The translations under genes and the position numbers were made by a program. Below, one piece after another: positions 12,328 through 26,175 of a stretch of DNA of 64,000 bases; the first letter of the stretch is position 1, and each line of letters opens with the position of its first letter. The notes beneath the pieces were generated by a model that was not told where the DNA came from, searched no databases, and worked only from the letters and a program-made list of their open reading frames with translations. The DNA is from Lama guanicoe (taxonomy: Eukaryota): positions 6,156,399 through 6,220,398 of the forward strand of contig MU053934.1 in NCBI GenBank assembly GCA_013239625.1. Reading direction: 5' to 3'.

Positions 12328-15300
12328 TCAAGTACTATTTACTGAAACTTTTGTTTCAGTTACACCCATCACTCTTTCGGTAACTGCTGGATCACAACAT
12401 AAAATGTATTTTGTGCGTATGTGTTTTTAAGTCAGAATTTGAAAGCTCTCAAAGGCTCCTTTTAGCTTGGAACACCCTGTGGCCAGTATTTGGATGTTGC
12501 CAGGGCTATTTCTCTGACATGGTTTCACTGGGATGCAACTTGAATAACTTCCTCCTTCCCTGATGACTCTCCACAGATGCCATGTGATTTTCAGCAAATC
12601 ATTTATTCTCTGGCTTTTGCAAATGTAAGCCAGTGTTTTTATTTGAGCCCAAATGTCATCTTGTTTGAGCCCCCAGAAGATCTTAGCCTCTTTTTCACTT
12701 ACCCACTCACATTTCCCTGCCTTCTGTGACCCCTGTGCATACAGCAGCCACTACAACACACTCCCACACTTTTTGTTTTCATGTCCATCTTATCCCACCC
12801 TTTTGTGGTCTTGAGGGCAGGGAGAGCAGTGCTGTTCTAGAGTCGGGTGTGGTACAGCTGAGCTTTCCCCAGGTGTGCTTAGCAAATAGGAAGGATACAG
12901 TTGTGCAGGAGCAGTGACACTGACCCCACCCCCCAGCAACTGAGCCTGTCAGTTGCTTCCCAGTAGCAGCCTGGTTTATTTACCAAGATGAATTATTTTG
13001 TTCACAGACCTTAATTTGAAAAAGTTTGGAAGCCATGTGGAAATAGTTTTTGGCACCTAAGAAGGTGTTCATTGTTTGTTAAACGACAGGGATTAGTCTC
13101 CCGATTTTATATGCCATTTTAAAATAGAAAGAGTAAACAGTTTGACCAGTCAGGGGGCTAATAATAACTGAATAGTGTTCTGAATTGGGCGTGCATCCCC
13201 TGACACCACGCTGGGTTGCATTTTGTATGCACATACGCTCACCGTCTTTACATGTGTGTAAATAATGGTGAAGGCTGTGGCTACTCTAGAGAGGCCTAAG
13301 CTCTGGGGCTCTCCTCCTCGGTGTAGATAAATCTGTTCTGACATTGCTACACTTTCCACTGGGCCTTTGGGGAATAAGTGGTTTCAACCGAGAGGGTGCT
13401 TGCTGGGGAGGAATATTTATAGAATCTTTCGAGTTGGGAAGAACTTTGGAGAACATTTAGTCCAGTGGTTCTGAGACATGGCTGTGTTAGTTACCTGATC
13501 ATCTTTACTGATGCTTAGGCTCCACCTCAGGTGATTCTGATCGAGAGGTCTGGGAGCAGTAGGGCCTTGAAGCTGTTTTTATGAAACCTCCCATGTGATT
13601 TTGATGCAGCCAGAACGATCCACTTCTCCCATTTTATAGAAATAGAAAAAAAGGCACAGAAAGGCTAGATTACTTGTACAAGGGTGCATCGTGACCCAGC
13701 TTGGAGGCCAGATCTCTGGACTTCCATGTCCTGAATGTTCCTTCTTGGCCTCCACTGCCTCCTGTCACATGGGGACTCTCCCTGTCCACCAAAACGCACA
13801 CAGGGAAGTGACCCAAGGGGCAGGCACAGAAGCTTTCCAAGCTTGATACTTTCACCCAAAATCGGGATTCAAGGACAAAATGTAGTGATTCTAGGAAACT
13901 TTGGCTTTCTCTACACCAGCTGAAGTCAGCTTGCTGTCAATCTCTTCATTCACACAGTATCACCTTAATAACAAATTTAAGGAATTATAGGAGAAAATAA
14001 TTTCCCATCTTAACCCAAACCTTTTGTTACAATGTTAGTGCATTTCCTTCACATATCTAGAATTATTTCTTGAGGATAGATTCTCAGATACGGAGTTACT
14101 GGGTCAAAGGTATGGATGTTCCTCTGGGCTTCTTACTGACAAGCTGCTTTATGAAAAGATTGAATTACTTTGCTTTTAATCTGCAGCAAGCAGTCTGTAA
14201 GAATCTCTTTGGTTCTGAGCATTTAATGTTTAATTAAAAATTAATATTAGTTACATTCTTTCTAATTACAAGAAGTGTTATAATGAGTCATTTGTAGAAA
14301 ACTTGGAAAATATAAAAAACTCAAGAAGGAAATTTTAAAAAAAGAAGGAAATTTAAGCCATCACTTGAGCACATGAATTTATTGACACCTTACTTAAAAG
14401 ATTTTTTTATGATTTTTACACATCAGGAAAAATGGAAAATAGTGCAAAAAATAGCCATATGTTACCATCTAGAGTCAACAGTTGTCAACATTTTGCCTTA
14501 TTTGCTTCATCTATATTTTATTTTTTTATTTTTCTGGATCATTTCAGAACAGATTAAAGGCATTGTGACACCTCATTCCTAAAAACTTCGACATTCACCT
14601 CTTAAAATAAGTCAGTTAGTTATAGACTATAATGTCATTATCTTATCTGAGAAAAATAACAGGGCTTTGCTTATTTCCCAGATCACATTCTTAATTTCCC
14701 CACTTTTCCCAAATATGTCGTTGGTAACTATCTCTTTACAAATCAGGATCTCATAAAAAAAGTTACACACTGCATTGATTTTACTTTTTTAGTTTCTCTA
14801 AATCTAAAACAGCCCCTCCCCACCCCACTCCCCACACCATTTTCCCCTGTGACATTGACTTTTTGAAGAGATCAGGCCCGTTTCTTGAGGAATGTCCACA
14901 TTCTGGATGTAACTGATTATTCTTTTATTCCCTGAATTCCCCCTAAACTGGAAGTAAGGTCTCAGAGCTTTCTCAGATTCAGGTTAAACGTTTTTTGATG
15001 AGAATTCTTCATAGGTGATGCTGTCCCATCAGGAGGCACGAATGGTGGGCTCACTGTTGGTGATGCCAGGTTTGGTCTCTGGGTTAAGGTGGTGGTAAAC
15101 GCATCCCTGTAGTGTAAATGTACATTGTTTTTCCTTTCTTTGTGGTGATAAATCCCTATAAGTTAACCTGCTGAAACAAAGGGTTTGTACATCTTTAAAA
15201 ACCAGAACACTTTTGGTCGTGTTGTCAAAGTGCCACTAAGTGATCCTGCTACATCTGCTACACTGCATCAGCCTGCTTTTCTGCACTGATTTGCCTTGTT

Positions 15301-15360
15301 CATTCTTTTTTTTTTTTCTGATTACAAAAGAAACTCACATGTATCATGCAAATTTAAAAG

Positions 15361-15537
15361 TTGCAGAAATACTTAGCCTAGAAAGTAAAAGTGCCCATGA
15401 TTCTAATTTCTAGAGATAATTGCTGTTAACAGTTTAGGCATATCATTTTGCAGAATTACTTAGCCTAGAAAGTAAAAGTGCCCACGATTCTAATTTCTAG
15501 AGATAATTGCTGTTAACAGTTTAGGCATATCATTTTG
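15361..15537. repeat. Tandem duplication, 87-bp period, 2 copies with 2 mismatches
   Basis: ttgcagaa(a/t)tacttagcctagaaagtaaaagtgccca(t/c)gattctaatttctagagataattgctgttaacagtttaggcatatcatt occurs at 15361 and 15448. Confidence 0.95.
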
Positions 15538-16156
15538 ATTTTTTTAAAAACATATTTACATTTGTTAAATACTGTTATACAGAAATGGGCCTACGCTATA
15601 GTACTGTTTTGCTGCTACTTATTTTCACTGAATGTATCGTGAAATTTTTTCCCCTGCCAATAAAGGTAGTTTACTTCTTTTTTAAATTATGGTAAAAAAT
15701 ATATAACACAGAATTTGACATTTTAGCTGTGTTTAACTTCAATTCAGTGGCATTAGTTACATTCACAGTCTTGTGGGACCACCACCGTTATCTTATTCTT
15801 TTCAAACAGCTGTGGAATGGCATTCCTTCATGGTTGAACCAGAATTTATTCAAATCAGTGCCCTATTTTTGGACAATTGGTTTGTTCTTTTAAAAACAGT
15901 GCTGTAAAGAGCATCCTTGCCAGTCTCAATGCTCATTTATGAGAGTATTTTTATAAGATAGCTTCCTGGAAGAGGGAAAGCTGGTCAAGAGGTACAAATA
16001 TTTTACATTTTGATAGGTATTGCCTAATTGTCTTTCAGAAATGTTCAACCTGTTTACATTCTAACCAAAAGCATCTGAGACTGGTTAATTATTGATTCAT
16101 CTTGTTAACTCCTGTCACAGAGTTAACTGAACTTGCTGTGTATTTAATCTTGCTCA

Positions 16157-16257
16157 AGGTGGGTAGCTATGGCTCAGTGGTAGAGGGCATGCTCAGCATG
16201 CACGAGGTCCTGGGTTCAATCCCCAGTACTTCCATTAAAAAATAAATAAAAACCTAA
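16157..16257 (+). mobile_element. tRNA-Ala-derived SINE (Vic-1-like) with TSD
   Basis: tggctcagtggtagag...gggttcaatcccc. TSD ttaatcttgctca at 16144-16156 and 16258-16270. Confidence 0.88.
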
Positions 16258-18949
16258 TTAATCTTGCTCAGTAAGGAAGAACTGGTTGTTAAAGTAAAAG
16301 CAATGTTCATTGATTTAATTAACTGATGTTTCTGTAGCACCTGTTGTGTATCAGACCTGCTCTTCGGCATGGGGAATTTTATCATGAATAAACAGACACA
16401 GTTCCTCCCTTAGTGGATTTTACAGACCAGTGGAGAGAGATATCATCTTACAAAGGAATGTCAAGAAATAGTAAATGGGCATATATAATAGGAGGCTCTG
16501 CTTGGGCTAGGAGTCCAAGGAGTCCCTGAGAAAGTGAAATTAATTTGGAACTTGAAAGATGAATGGGAATTACCTAGACAAAAGGCACATCGTGGGTGGG
16601 GGTGGGCAGAGAACATTCTAAGCAGACAAAACAGTATGTGCAAATGCCCAGTGGAAGATCCCTTTAGCTTTTGTACTGGCTAAGGACGTTCAGCATGTTT
16701 GGTGCCCTGGAAAAAAGTAAATTCTGAATTATTCAGAAACCAAATAGATGAGATCCCACTGCCAGGACCCCATAAGCAGAAGGGGTTTCAGAGGGGTGGG
16801 AGGCTTTCCAAGGCAAATTCTAATAAATTGCAGGTAGTCTGAAGGAGAGACAGAAGAGATGCACCTGCAGACCTCAGCTTAGATTTTTAGAATGTCTTGG
16901 CCAAAGTTGGAAGGAGGGCAAGTAACTAAGGAGAAATACTACAGCAGCTGGAATACATCAGAAGGGGTCAGGAATGTCAAGGATCCAGATGAGCTAAGAC
17001 TTCTGAAAAATGCTTATCAACCAAGAGCTGTGTTTGCAGTAAGCAAAATAAGAAGAGGCATGCCTTTTCTGCCAGATTCTAGAAAAGGAACACAACTTCA
17101 TTACATCTAATTTTGTGTGTTGGCTCCATGAAGGAAAATAAGATATTGAGTACATATTATATGAACAGGCTCTGTGCGAAGCACTTAAAGTACATTATTT
17201 CATTTGATATTAACATTATGAAGTTTATCTCCATTTTCTCTTTGGGGAAGTTGAGGCTTGGGGAGGCTAAGTAACTTGTTTAGGGCTACAGCAGGTTAGT
17301 TGTGTTACTGGGTTGGGCAGTCTGGCTACAGGTCTTTGGGCTGAACCATCACATCATGCTGCCTTCAAATGGGAAAGGATGTAAGAGGGTCACAGAATCC
17401 AGGGGAATTGGCTCTTCTGAGAAAGAGACAGGCCTGCACTTGTGTCCTGGATTTGGTCTTTACCACGTGGAAGACTTCTGCTTACTTAACCTCTCTGATC
17501 TTCAGTTCCCACGTCTGTTGGGAGTAATGATTACCTTGCACCGTTACAGGAATTCAAAATTAGGCACAGAGCAAGTGCATAGTAAGTAATGGCTGTTTTA
17601 ATTTTTATTCCAAGAGGGTGACACCCAAAGCCTAGTCTTCATTTTACATGTGAGATATATGTGGTCTATGAATGAGTGATACATGTTGTCCTTGCCCTAG
17701 AATTCAGTTTTTGGGGTAAGCATGTTAGTGTGGTCAGCCTCTTCAGAGTTATATGTGACATTTCGTGCACTTTAAACCTCTCATAGTTCTGCTCTGAAGC
17801 AGGCAGCAGGCTGAGATTTCACTCTTTGCAAGTGTGAAGAACTGAAAGCTGGAGGAACAGAGAGAATTGTTCAAGGTCTCATGGCCAAGCTAACGTCTTT
17901 TTACATCTTTGTTGGGATTAGTTGATTAGTGAAATGGGGAGTGAGCATTGATTTCTGTGGGGTGTTTGGCAGGTCAGTCAGGCCATCCCTGACAATGAAA
18001 CAGAAGTGATGTCTTAGTGACATTTCAGTCTGGTGGTTATTGTTGTGGCTTAAAGACCTGGACCCGGAGAGTGTTGCTAAATAGGCCACTTTTGGCCTGA
18101 CCAAATGTCCACCCTGGGGAGCCTGTCCTGGGAAGGCTCACAATTGTACTGAGACTTGGATGAATAGCCCGAGAATCGTGCTTACTGTGTGTGTGGCTGA
18201 CACACACTGGAAGGGCCAGCCTGTCAGGGCCTGGGGTGACTGACCAGGACCCCTGTAGACCGTAGGTGGCTGGAGGTGGACAGAAACTGACACTGAAATT
18301 AAATCAAGATTAAGATAGTGCTCTGCATAGAAAACCAAGTCCACAAGTACAGTGTGGCTTGAGAGCATTCTATGAGGAAGTTGGCTGTTAAGGTGTGAGA
18401 ATGTCTGGAGGTGGCGTGTGTGTCAGCAGTGAGGTGGGCTGTCGTGGCTTAGCAAAGGAGGTGGCAGTCCCTTTGCCCTCTGGGCTTTCGCAGAGTTTAG
18501 GAAGATGCCATGTGAAGGATAGTTGAAAAACTTGGGGCTGCCCTTGGCCTAGAGAAGACATTTAGAGAGGGCTGTCTTCAAATAGTTGAGGGACCCCTAC
18601 CCTCAACTGAGTCATTGACCTGGATAGGGTTTAGGATTATGTATTTTTAACAGACTCAGGAGACTGTTGCATCTGAGGGCTGGGAACCAGTGTCCTGAGG
18701 AAGAGAGATTGGGCAGACCCCTGACTGAAAAGCCGACTGTGCAAGGAAACAGAGTTTAGCTGAATGTGAGAAAGAATAGCTTGAAATTTTTCAGAAGTGG
18801 GCACGTGGAATGATGAACTCCTGGCATAGAGAGGGGTCCAAATTTTGAAATATATAAATTTTTTTTTAGAAAAAGTGATTTCATGAACATTCAGGTTGTT
18901 CAGGCTTCCCAAAAATTCTCTTTCCATCTTTATTAATGTATAAATCTGA

Positions 18950-19130
18950 GCCATCCCATGTGGAAACTTAACTATAAATTAATTAAAATTGAATAGCATT
19001 AAATATTCCACTCCTCAGTCACTCAGCACACTTCGAGTGCTCCATAGCCACATGTGGCTGGTGGCTGCTGTATTGGACAGTGAGGATCGAGAATATGTCC
19101 GTCGTTGCAGGAAGTCCTCCTGATGGTGCT
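18950..19130. mobile_element. MER3-like hAT DNA transposon relic
   Basis: agtgctccatagccacatgtggctggtggctgctgtattggacag. Confidence 0.65.
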
Positions 19131-20562
19131 GGCTGTTGTGAACAGATGTTTTCACAGAGTTGGGAAGCAGAGCAGTATCATGATTAGGGACTGAGCTTGT
19201 AGACAGTTCATTTGTTATTAACACTGGAGCTTATCTCCATTTGGAGGGGAGGCTAAGGGGGAGGGCCTGGGGCAATAGCAGAAAGTGGGTGAGTCAGGCT
19301 GGATTTTGGTCACTCCACGTGAGCCTCAATTTCCTCCCTTGGAAAATAAGCTAATCATAGGAGCCACCCCACTGGGTGTCTACGGGGATTGAACGGATGT
19401 GACGCATGCAGAGTGCTTAGCACCGTGCTCGCTTCGTACTAGGCACTAATAAGTATTCTTCTCTTATCCGAAAGTTGTATTCTATATAAGCATTATTTTG
19501 TCCTTTTTTTTTCCCCAGTCAGCATTATACTTAAATCTGTTTTTAAGAGTTGATATGTGCCCGTAGATTGCTTAATTTTCCCCTTGCCGTTGGGAATTCG
19601 GTGCTTCGCCTTTTGTCTGCACTGTAATTATGATCGCAGTCATTTGTGTTGCCTGCTGGGCCAGACACCAGGTGTTGTTAGACTCATTTTTATTTCTAAG
19701 GAAACTGAGGCTTAGGGCAGTTAATTTACATAAAGTGAAGATCTATGTATAGATATCGGAAGGATGTCAAAGATATTTGATAAATGAAAAAAGCAAGTTG
19801 CAGAACAACTTGCATAGCTTCTCATTTGTGTGAAAAATACAGAGGGGGCTGAGTATGTGCACAGGGGTAATAACAGAAGCTGTGCCAGTGCTTCATGTCG
19901 TCTGCTAATCCTTGCAGCAGCTCTGTGCGGAAATGAGTATTTAGGGTGGATTGTCCTGGGTGACTCAGGTAGTAAGTGGGTGGCCTGCCAGATTCAAGCC
20001 CGGGTCTCCCCACTCCATCGCTGTGCACTGGGCCCCCCGCTGCAGCAGGAGCAGCGGTGGGAGTGCCTGCAGTCGCAGTGCCCCACGTTCCTCTCCATGC
20101 AGGCCGTTGCAGGGCCTGTGGTTGGTGGATTGTTCACCCCTGCCCAGCAAGGCAGATAGTGAGGATCCCTTGGTGGATTTTGAGGTGGAGGGCAGGTGGA
20201 TCTGAAGTCTGCATTGGGAGGTCACTCCTGCTGTGGTGGGTGGTGGTTGAGGGTGCTAGTTTCTAATGGGGTCTGTTCTCCTCACTGTGTGACCTGAATA
20301 GGGAGTGGCAGCTGTGCACTGGTGTTGGTTCAGATGCCGAGGTTGGCAGGATTTAGATTTAAATGTCCAGGTGACATATATATAGAAGAGAGCCTGGGGC
20401 AGTGGCTTTGCCTTTTCCCTTGCCCAAGGGTAAGACCTCCTAGCAGAGAACACTACTGTTCTTTCCCTCTGTCACTTCTTTGGGTTCATTTATTCTTCCC
20501 TGGTCACAGTGTACCTGGTGAAGGTTGTCATCCATAGTTTAAAATTAACAGACCCCATCATA

Positions 20563-21065
20563 ACAGTCATTTGTCTGTTGCTGTATAACAGATTGTTGCT
20601 GCCAAACTTAGAGGCTAAAACAACAATCAACATTTCTCGCTCATGGTTCCTGATGGCCAGGAATATGGGAATGTGTTGGTGGAGTGGTTCTGGCTCAGAG
20701 TCACTCAGGAAGCTGCAGTCCAGATTGTTGGCCAGGGCTTGGACTATGGCTGGAGCACTTGCTTGTAAGATGGTGTGCTTACACACCTAGCAAGGTTGTA
20801 CTGGTTTGGGGCAAGAGGCCTTAGGTCTCTCTAGGTGGGCCTCTCTCAGGACTGATTAAATGTTTTAACAGCAGTAGTGGCTGTCTTCCCCCCGAGCAAT
20901 TAAAGGAAGAGAGAGCCAGGCAGAAGCTATCCTTTTTATGACCTAGTCTCAGGGGTCCCCTAGCATCACTGAGCCACGTTCTGTCCACTAGAAGGAAGTC
21001 AGTAAGTCCACTGCACATTCAAGGAGAGCAGGATTAGGCACCACCTTTTGAAGGGATGAAGAAAC
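20563..21065. mobile_element. MLT1-type (ERVL-MaLR) LTR
   Basis: ttgctgtataacag...ccaaacttagaggctaaaacaac...ggttctggctcagagtc...ttttatgacctagtctcag...cattcaaggagag. Confidence 0.65.
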
Positions 21066-21578
21066 ATCCAGAGCACATGTACCAGGTTTTCCTCATTAAT
21101 TTTTTTACCTATTCAGCTGGTATTTATTAAATCTCTAATATGTGCCAAGTAGTCCAGATACAGATAAATAAGACAAGTAAAACTTTATTCCAAGGCTCAA
21201 GGAACTTGCCGTACAGGTAGAGTAGCAGCTGCCATGTGGGTAGTGCTTTATAGCTTAGCAAGGACGTCTGTACGTGTTCTCACTTAACCTTCCCAGTAAC
21301 TGGGATCCCTGTAGCTGGTTGTATCCCCGCTACCCATCTTTTCTTTATGGGGGATTTTCTTAAGTGGACAGAACTTGACTTTGATCCCAGCAAATCTGAC
21401 TGTAAATCCCTTGCACTTTCTACAGGCTGTGTTTTTTGTGGCTACTGTATCATCCCTGGGCCTCAGGTGAGGAAACTGAGGCTGCAGTCACTGAATGGCT
21501 CTTAACACTTTAATTCCTTGCTTTTTTCACCACGCTGTGCCGTCCCTCAGGGGTGGACCGCCCTAAATTCTCCACTGA

Positions 21579-21743
<165 letters not shown>

Positions 21744-21780
21744 TAAGGCTGCAGTATGAGCCGTGGAGACTGGGAAAATG

Positions 21781-21816
21781 GTGCTGCCGGTGCTGCCGTT
21801 GCTGCCAGTGCTGCCT
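21781..21816. repeat. 9-bp minisatellite, (G/T)TGCTGCCN x4, about 40 nt after ACO2 exon 2
   Basis: GTGCTGCCG GTGCTGCCG TTGCTGCCA GTGCTGCCT. Confidence 0.7.
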
Positions 21817-22729
21817 GCCCCTTTCGGGCAGTGTAGGCTGCGCTTGGCGAAGGATGTTTGTTGGTGGTGGTGGAATCAAGGCATTTAGGGTATAGTGATC
21901 CCTGCAGAGGAGGGGTGTTCCAGATCAGTGGTGGACCTTCTGCCCTCTCTGGCAGGAAAAAATCTGTTATCAAGAAGCCTGGAGATGTGGGACATAGGAA
22001 ATGTCTCAGGCACTCTTTGGTCCTGTGGCCTGAACCTTTTCCAGGAAGATGACTAACCCTAGGCAAGTCCTCTGGCATCTGCCAGGCCCAGTGGCTTCAG
22101 AAATATTTTCCTCTTTGGTGCATAAGCCCAGGGGAGAGCTCAGGTTGAGACCCAGAAGGAAACCTCAGGTGGGATCTTGAGCATATCTTTTTTCTGGGCC
22201 TCTCTTTGCTCATTTGGTAAAACGTCCGCCACCCTTGCACTGCTGTCCTGCGTGCCAGGTTCTGGGCTAGATGCTGGCACAGGTGGGATGAATAAGACAC
22301 CACAGAGGGATGAGGAGTGGGGGCTGGTAGTTCATACCAACCAGCCCTGCTCCTGGAACTTGAATGACTGTAGACAGAGCTCTGTGCCTGCCCATCTGAT
22401 CACGTGACCCTGGGAGCTCTAGAACAAGTGTGAGTTCACAGTAGACCCATTTACAGCTGGGAACAGGCTCAGGTGGACAGCAGGTTGCCCAGGGCCACAG
22501 TGAGTGAGTGATGGGACCTTGTCTCTGGGCCCTCGTCCAGTGCTCTGGCCACTGGCCCACACTTCTCTCTGTTGCCACTTTGCGTCCTCTTTACTGGTGT
22601 CTTCACTCAGCTGTAAGGGTAGGGGACTATCTCAGTCTTCACCTCCAGCAGCCTCCAGCATGGCATCACCTAGTTATAGTGAGGACCTCTTAATGTGCAT
22701 TGAGGATGTTCATCTGATGCAGGTGGTCT

Positions 22730-22906
22730 AGGCCTTACTACTCAAAATGTGGCCTGTGGGTTTGATCGCTGTCATCAACAAGCAGCATGGGGAGCTTGTT
22801 AGAAATGCAGAGCCTCAGGCCCCACCCAGGCCCATGGAGTCAGAATCTGCAGTGTAACAGGAGCCCCAGGTGGCTGAAGTGCCCACCAGTACGTGAGAAG
22901 CACTGG
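22730..22906. mobile_element. MER5A-like hAT-Charlie DNA transposon
   Basis: ctactcaaaatgtggcc...ggagcttgttagaaatgcagagcctcaggccccacccag...tcagaatctgca...tgagaagcactg. Confidence 0.72.
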
Positions 22907-23383
22907 CCAGTTTCCCAGCTGGTCCTAATGTGTAGTGAGGGTTGAGACCACTGTCCCCATCACTGTAGGACCTTGTACAGATAGTTTTCCCCCATAAAAC
23001 ACTGTTTTATTTATTCTTAGAATTCTCAGATCATAGCTCAGTGGAAAAATGATGAATATTTTTTTAGTCTACAAAACACTTCCACCTGGCTCTTCATGCT
23101 TGGAAGGAGAATTGACATACAAGTTTGCTTTGAGATAACTTGACAAATGAGTATTAGTCACCATTTTGTCTTTGCTATAAAAAATTAATTTAAAAAACCT
23201 TCCCTTTAACGTAATTCTTTTTGGTTTTAATTTTTATCTATAAAATTAACCTTCCCCTAAAAGTTTTCCTTTGCCTTTTTATTCCAACCTTGCATTAACT
23301 AGAAAAGTCCAATCAATAACTTTTCAGCATTTTCCAAATTAGTACAGACTAGAGTTGTTCCATTTTCATTATTGTCATAGAGG

Positions 23384-23615
23384 AGTGGTTCTCATCAGGG
23401 GAGGACTGAGGGGTTGATTTTTTGTCCCCCAGGGGAATTTAGCAATGTCTGGAGACGTTGTTGGTTGTCGTAACCTGGGGTTGGGTGGTAGTTTAGTGTT
23501 GTCTATTGGGTAGAGGCCAAGAATGCTGTCAGACATCCTGCAGTGCAGAAGACAGCCCCCTCAGTAGGGAATCATCTGGCCCAAACCGTCAGCGGTGCCA
23601 CGGTTGAGAAATCCT
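23384..23615. mobile_element. MER20 hAT DNA transposon
   Basis: agtggttctca...gcaatgtctggagac...gggtagaggccaagaatgctg...atctggcccaaa...ggttgagaaatcc. Confidence 0.78.
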
Positions 23616-24524
23616 TCTGTAGAAAAAGAAAGCAGAAGTGAGGCTATACTAAAAAGATACTAGTGAATTAAAACAGATGTACCAGTGTTTTAGAAGAGCG
23701 GGGGACATGTGTCCTTCACCCTGTGACTGTGACGGAAGAGGCCTGATTCTGTTCCTGGGAACTGGGTCTTTGTCATCCAGTGAAGTGGGGGGATGGGGGA
23801 CATGGAGGGCCCATTTTGTCGTTTTCCTCAGTTAATCCTCAAGGAAACGTGATGATGAACTTGTCCTGAGGCGTTTGTCATTGTCAGGCTTTTTAATGCA
23901 AATTCAGATATTTGCTGTCTAGGTCTTTGGTTTTAAAGCCTTGCTATTTTTCGGCTCCCCTGGGACCCAGGAGGAGGGCCTGTGCTCTGTGCAGTGAATC
24001 ACTGTGCCCAACCAGCCTGGAGACGCTGCTGCAAAAGGGGGCCAGGCTTGCACTGTTTTTATTCAAGGTTCTCATGACAGCAGAACTGTAGAGTTTTTCA
24101 GACTTGCCATTTGCTCTGCTGTTGCCCACAGAGCCAGCACCCTAAGGAACACTTGCTCTCAAGGGGTCAGGTAAACTTGGAAGTGAGGGGCTAGAACCCA
24201 GGCTGGCGGAAGGAAGTGTCTCTGCTTTCCCCGCAGAGTCATATTGGTAATAGTAATAACGGTAATGATAATAATTGAACACTTACTGCAGGCTGGGCCG
24301 TCTGAGTTTCCAGATGATGCTGAGAGACATACAGGGCAGGGAAAGAGCCTGAGCAGTGGAGCCACACTGCCTTCTCCTTGTATCCTAGCTCTGCCACTTG
24401 CTAGCCCGTGACCAGGGTGGGTTGCTTCACCTTACCCTACTTTAGTTGGCTCATCTGTGTTGTGAGGGTAAAATAAGTTATATACATGAGTGCTCGGAGA
24501 AATGCTGAACTTAAAGTCAGTGCT

Positions 24525-24755
24525 GTGATAAACCTGTAGTACAGAAAGTGTATCAGTGGTTACGTGGGGGTGGGGACAGGAGGGAGGGGTTAAAAAGGGG
24601 AATGAGGAGACTGTTGGGGGCGATGGATGTGTTCATTATCCATCTATGGTGATGATTTGACCAGTGTATACATACGTCAAAACTTCCCGAATTGTTGACT
24701 TTAAATATGTGCAGTTATTACACACGAATTATACCTCAGTAAAGCTGTTTAAAAG
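24525..24755 (+). mobile_element. L1 3' end fragment (L1MC-like)
   Basis: gatggatgtgttcattatc...gtcaaaacttcccgaattg...ctttaaatatgtgcag...ttatacctcagtaaagctgtttaaaa. Confidence 0.65.
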
Positions 24756-25839
24756 CAATTAAGTGCTGTATAAGTGCTGTCTGTTCTCTATTCCAGTCCC
24801 AGCCCTAGACTAGATTAGACTAGAGATGGATTGGTGAGGGCTCTGAGAAGGGCAGTGGCTTATCTGGTTACAGCGGGTTTAGTAATAGGGTCAGATCTAA
24901 ACCCAGAACATCTGACTCCTATTCCATTGGCTTGTTGAGTGTGAATGGATCTCCGCCTCTTCCCTGGAGGCCTCAGGTTTGGCCTAAGCTTTGAGAATGG
25001 TGGAAGGCAGAGTGTGGGGTCTGGATAGAATGCATGCTGAGTGAGGGGGCGGCAGCAGAGAGTCAGAAGGGAGAGCCTCAAGGTTGGGGGGTTGAGAGTT
25101 GGCCTGCACCAAGCTCAGTCTGCAACGGGGAGCTGTGACGAGGAGGCAGTGGAGTCCTGGCAGGGCCTGCATCCTCCCAGGGTCTGGCTTGGACTGCCAT
25201 CTTGGCCCTGATGAGGACAGGAAGGGAGGGAAACGGTCTAGGAACAGGGTCCCATGAGAGGCCAGAGGCAGTTTCTGTTCTTGAGAGTTGACAGCCACAC
25301 TCGTCTTAATGGGATGAGAGCAAGTGGGACAAACTGGTAAGGCTTGAGCGTATTAAAATAAGGAGGCCTCCAACACCTGAGGTGGAGGGTTGTGAGCAGA
25401 GGGCGGGGAAGACTGGGTGGGGGGATCCTGGTGCAGATTCTCTGTGTCTTAGTGGGGCTGACTGCTTGGGGACATGGCCATGGACAGAGAGAAGTAGCGG
25501 ATCCAGGATGAGACTCTGGCTGTTAGAGACTGAGTCTCTAACATCCCTCTGCTGAGTCTCCATTACCTCTTGTCATTTTATTAAATGACAAGGATACAGT
25601 AAGGATTAACTGACAAGATACACATGTAATAAGTGCTTATCAGATGATAGCAATTAATATTCTGGAAAAGCAAATATCCTTAAAAAAAAAAAAGGCCTGT
25701 TACTTCTGTGGTGTTGCCATTCATCAAGTGATTTTGGACCTAGTGAGTGCTGGGCGCTGTGCCGTGTGCGGGCGGTGCCGCAGTGAGCAGGACCAGGCCG
25801 TCTCCCCTCCCTGTCCAACAACAGGGTTGCCGTGTGTAG

Positions 25840-26175
<336 letters not shown>

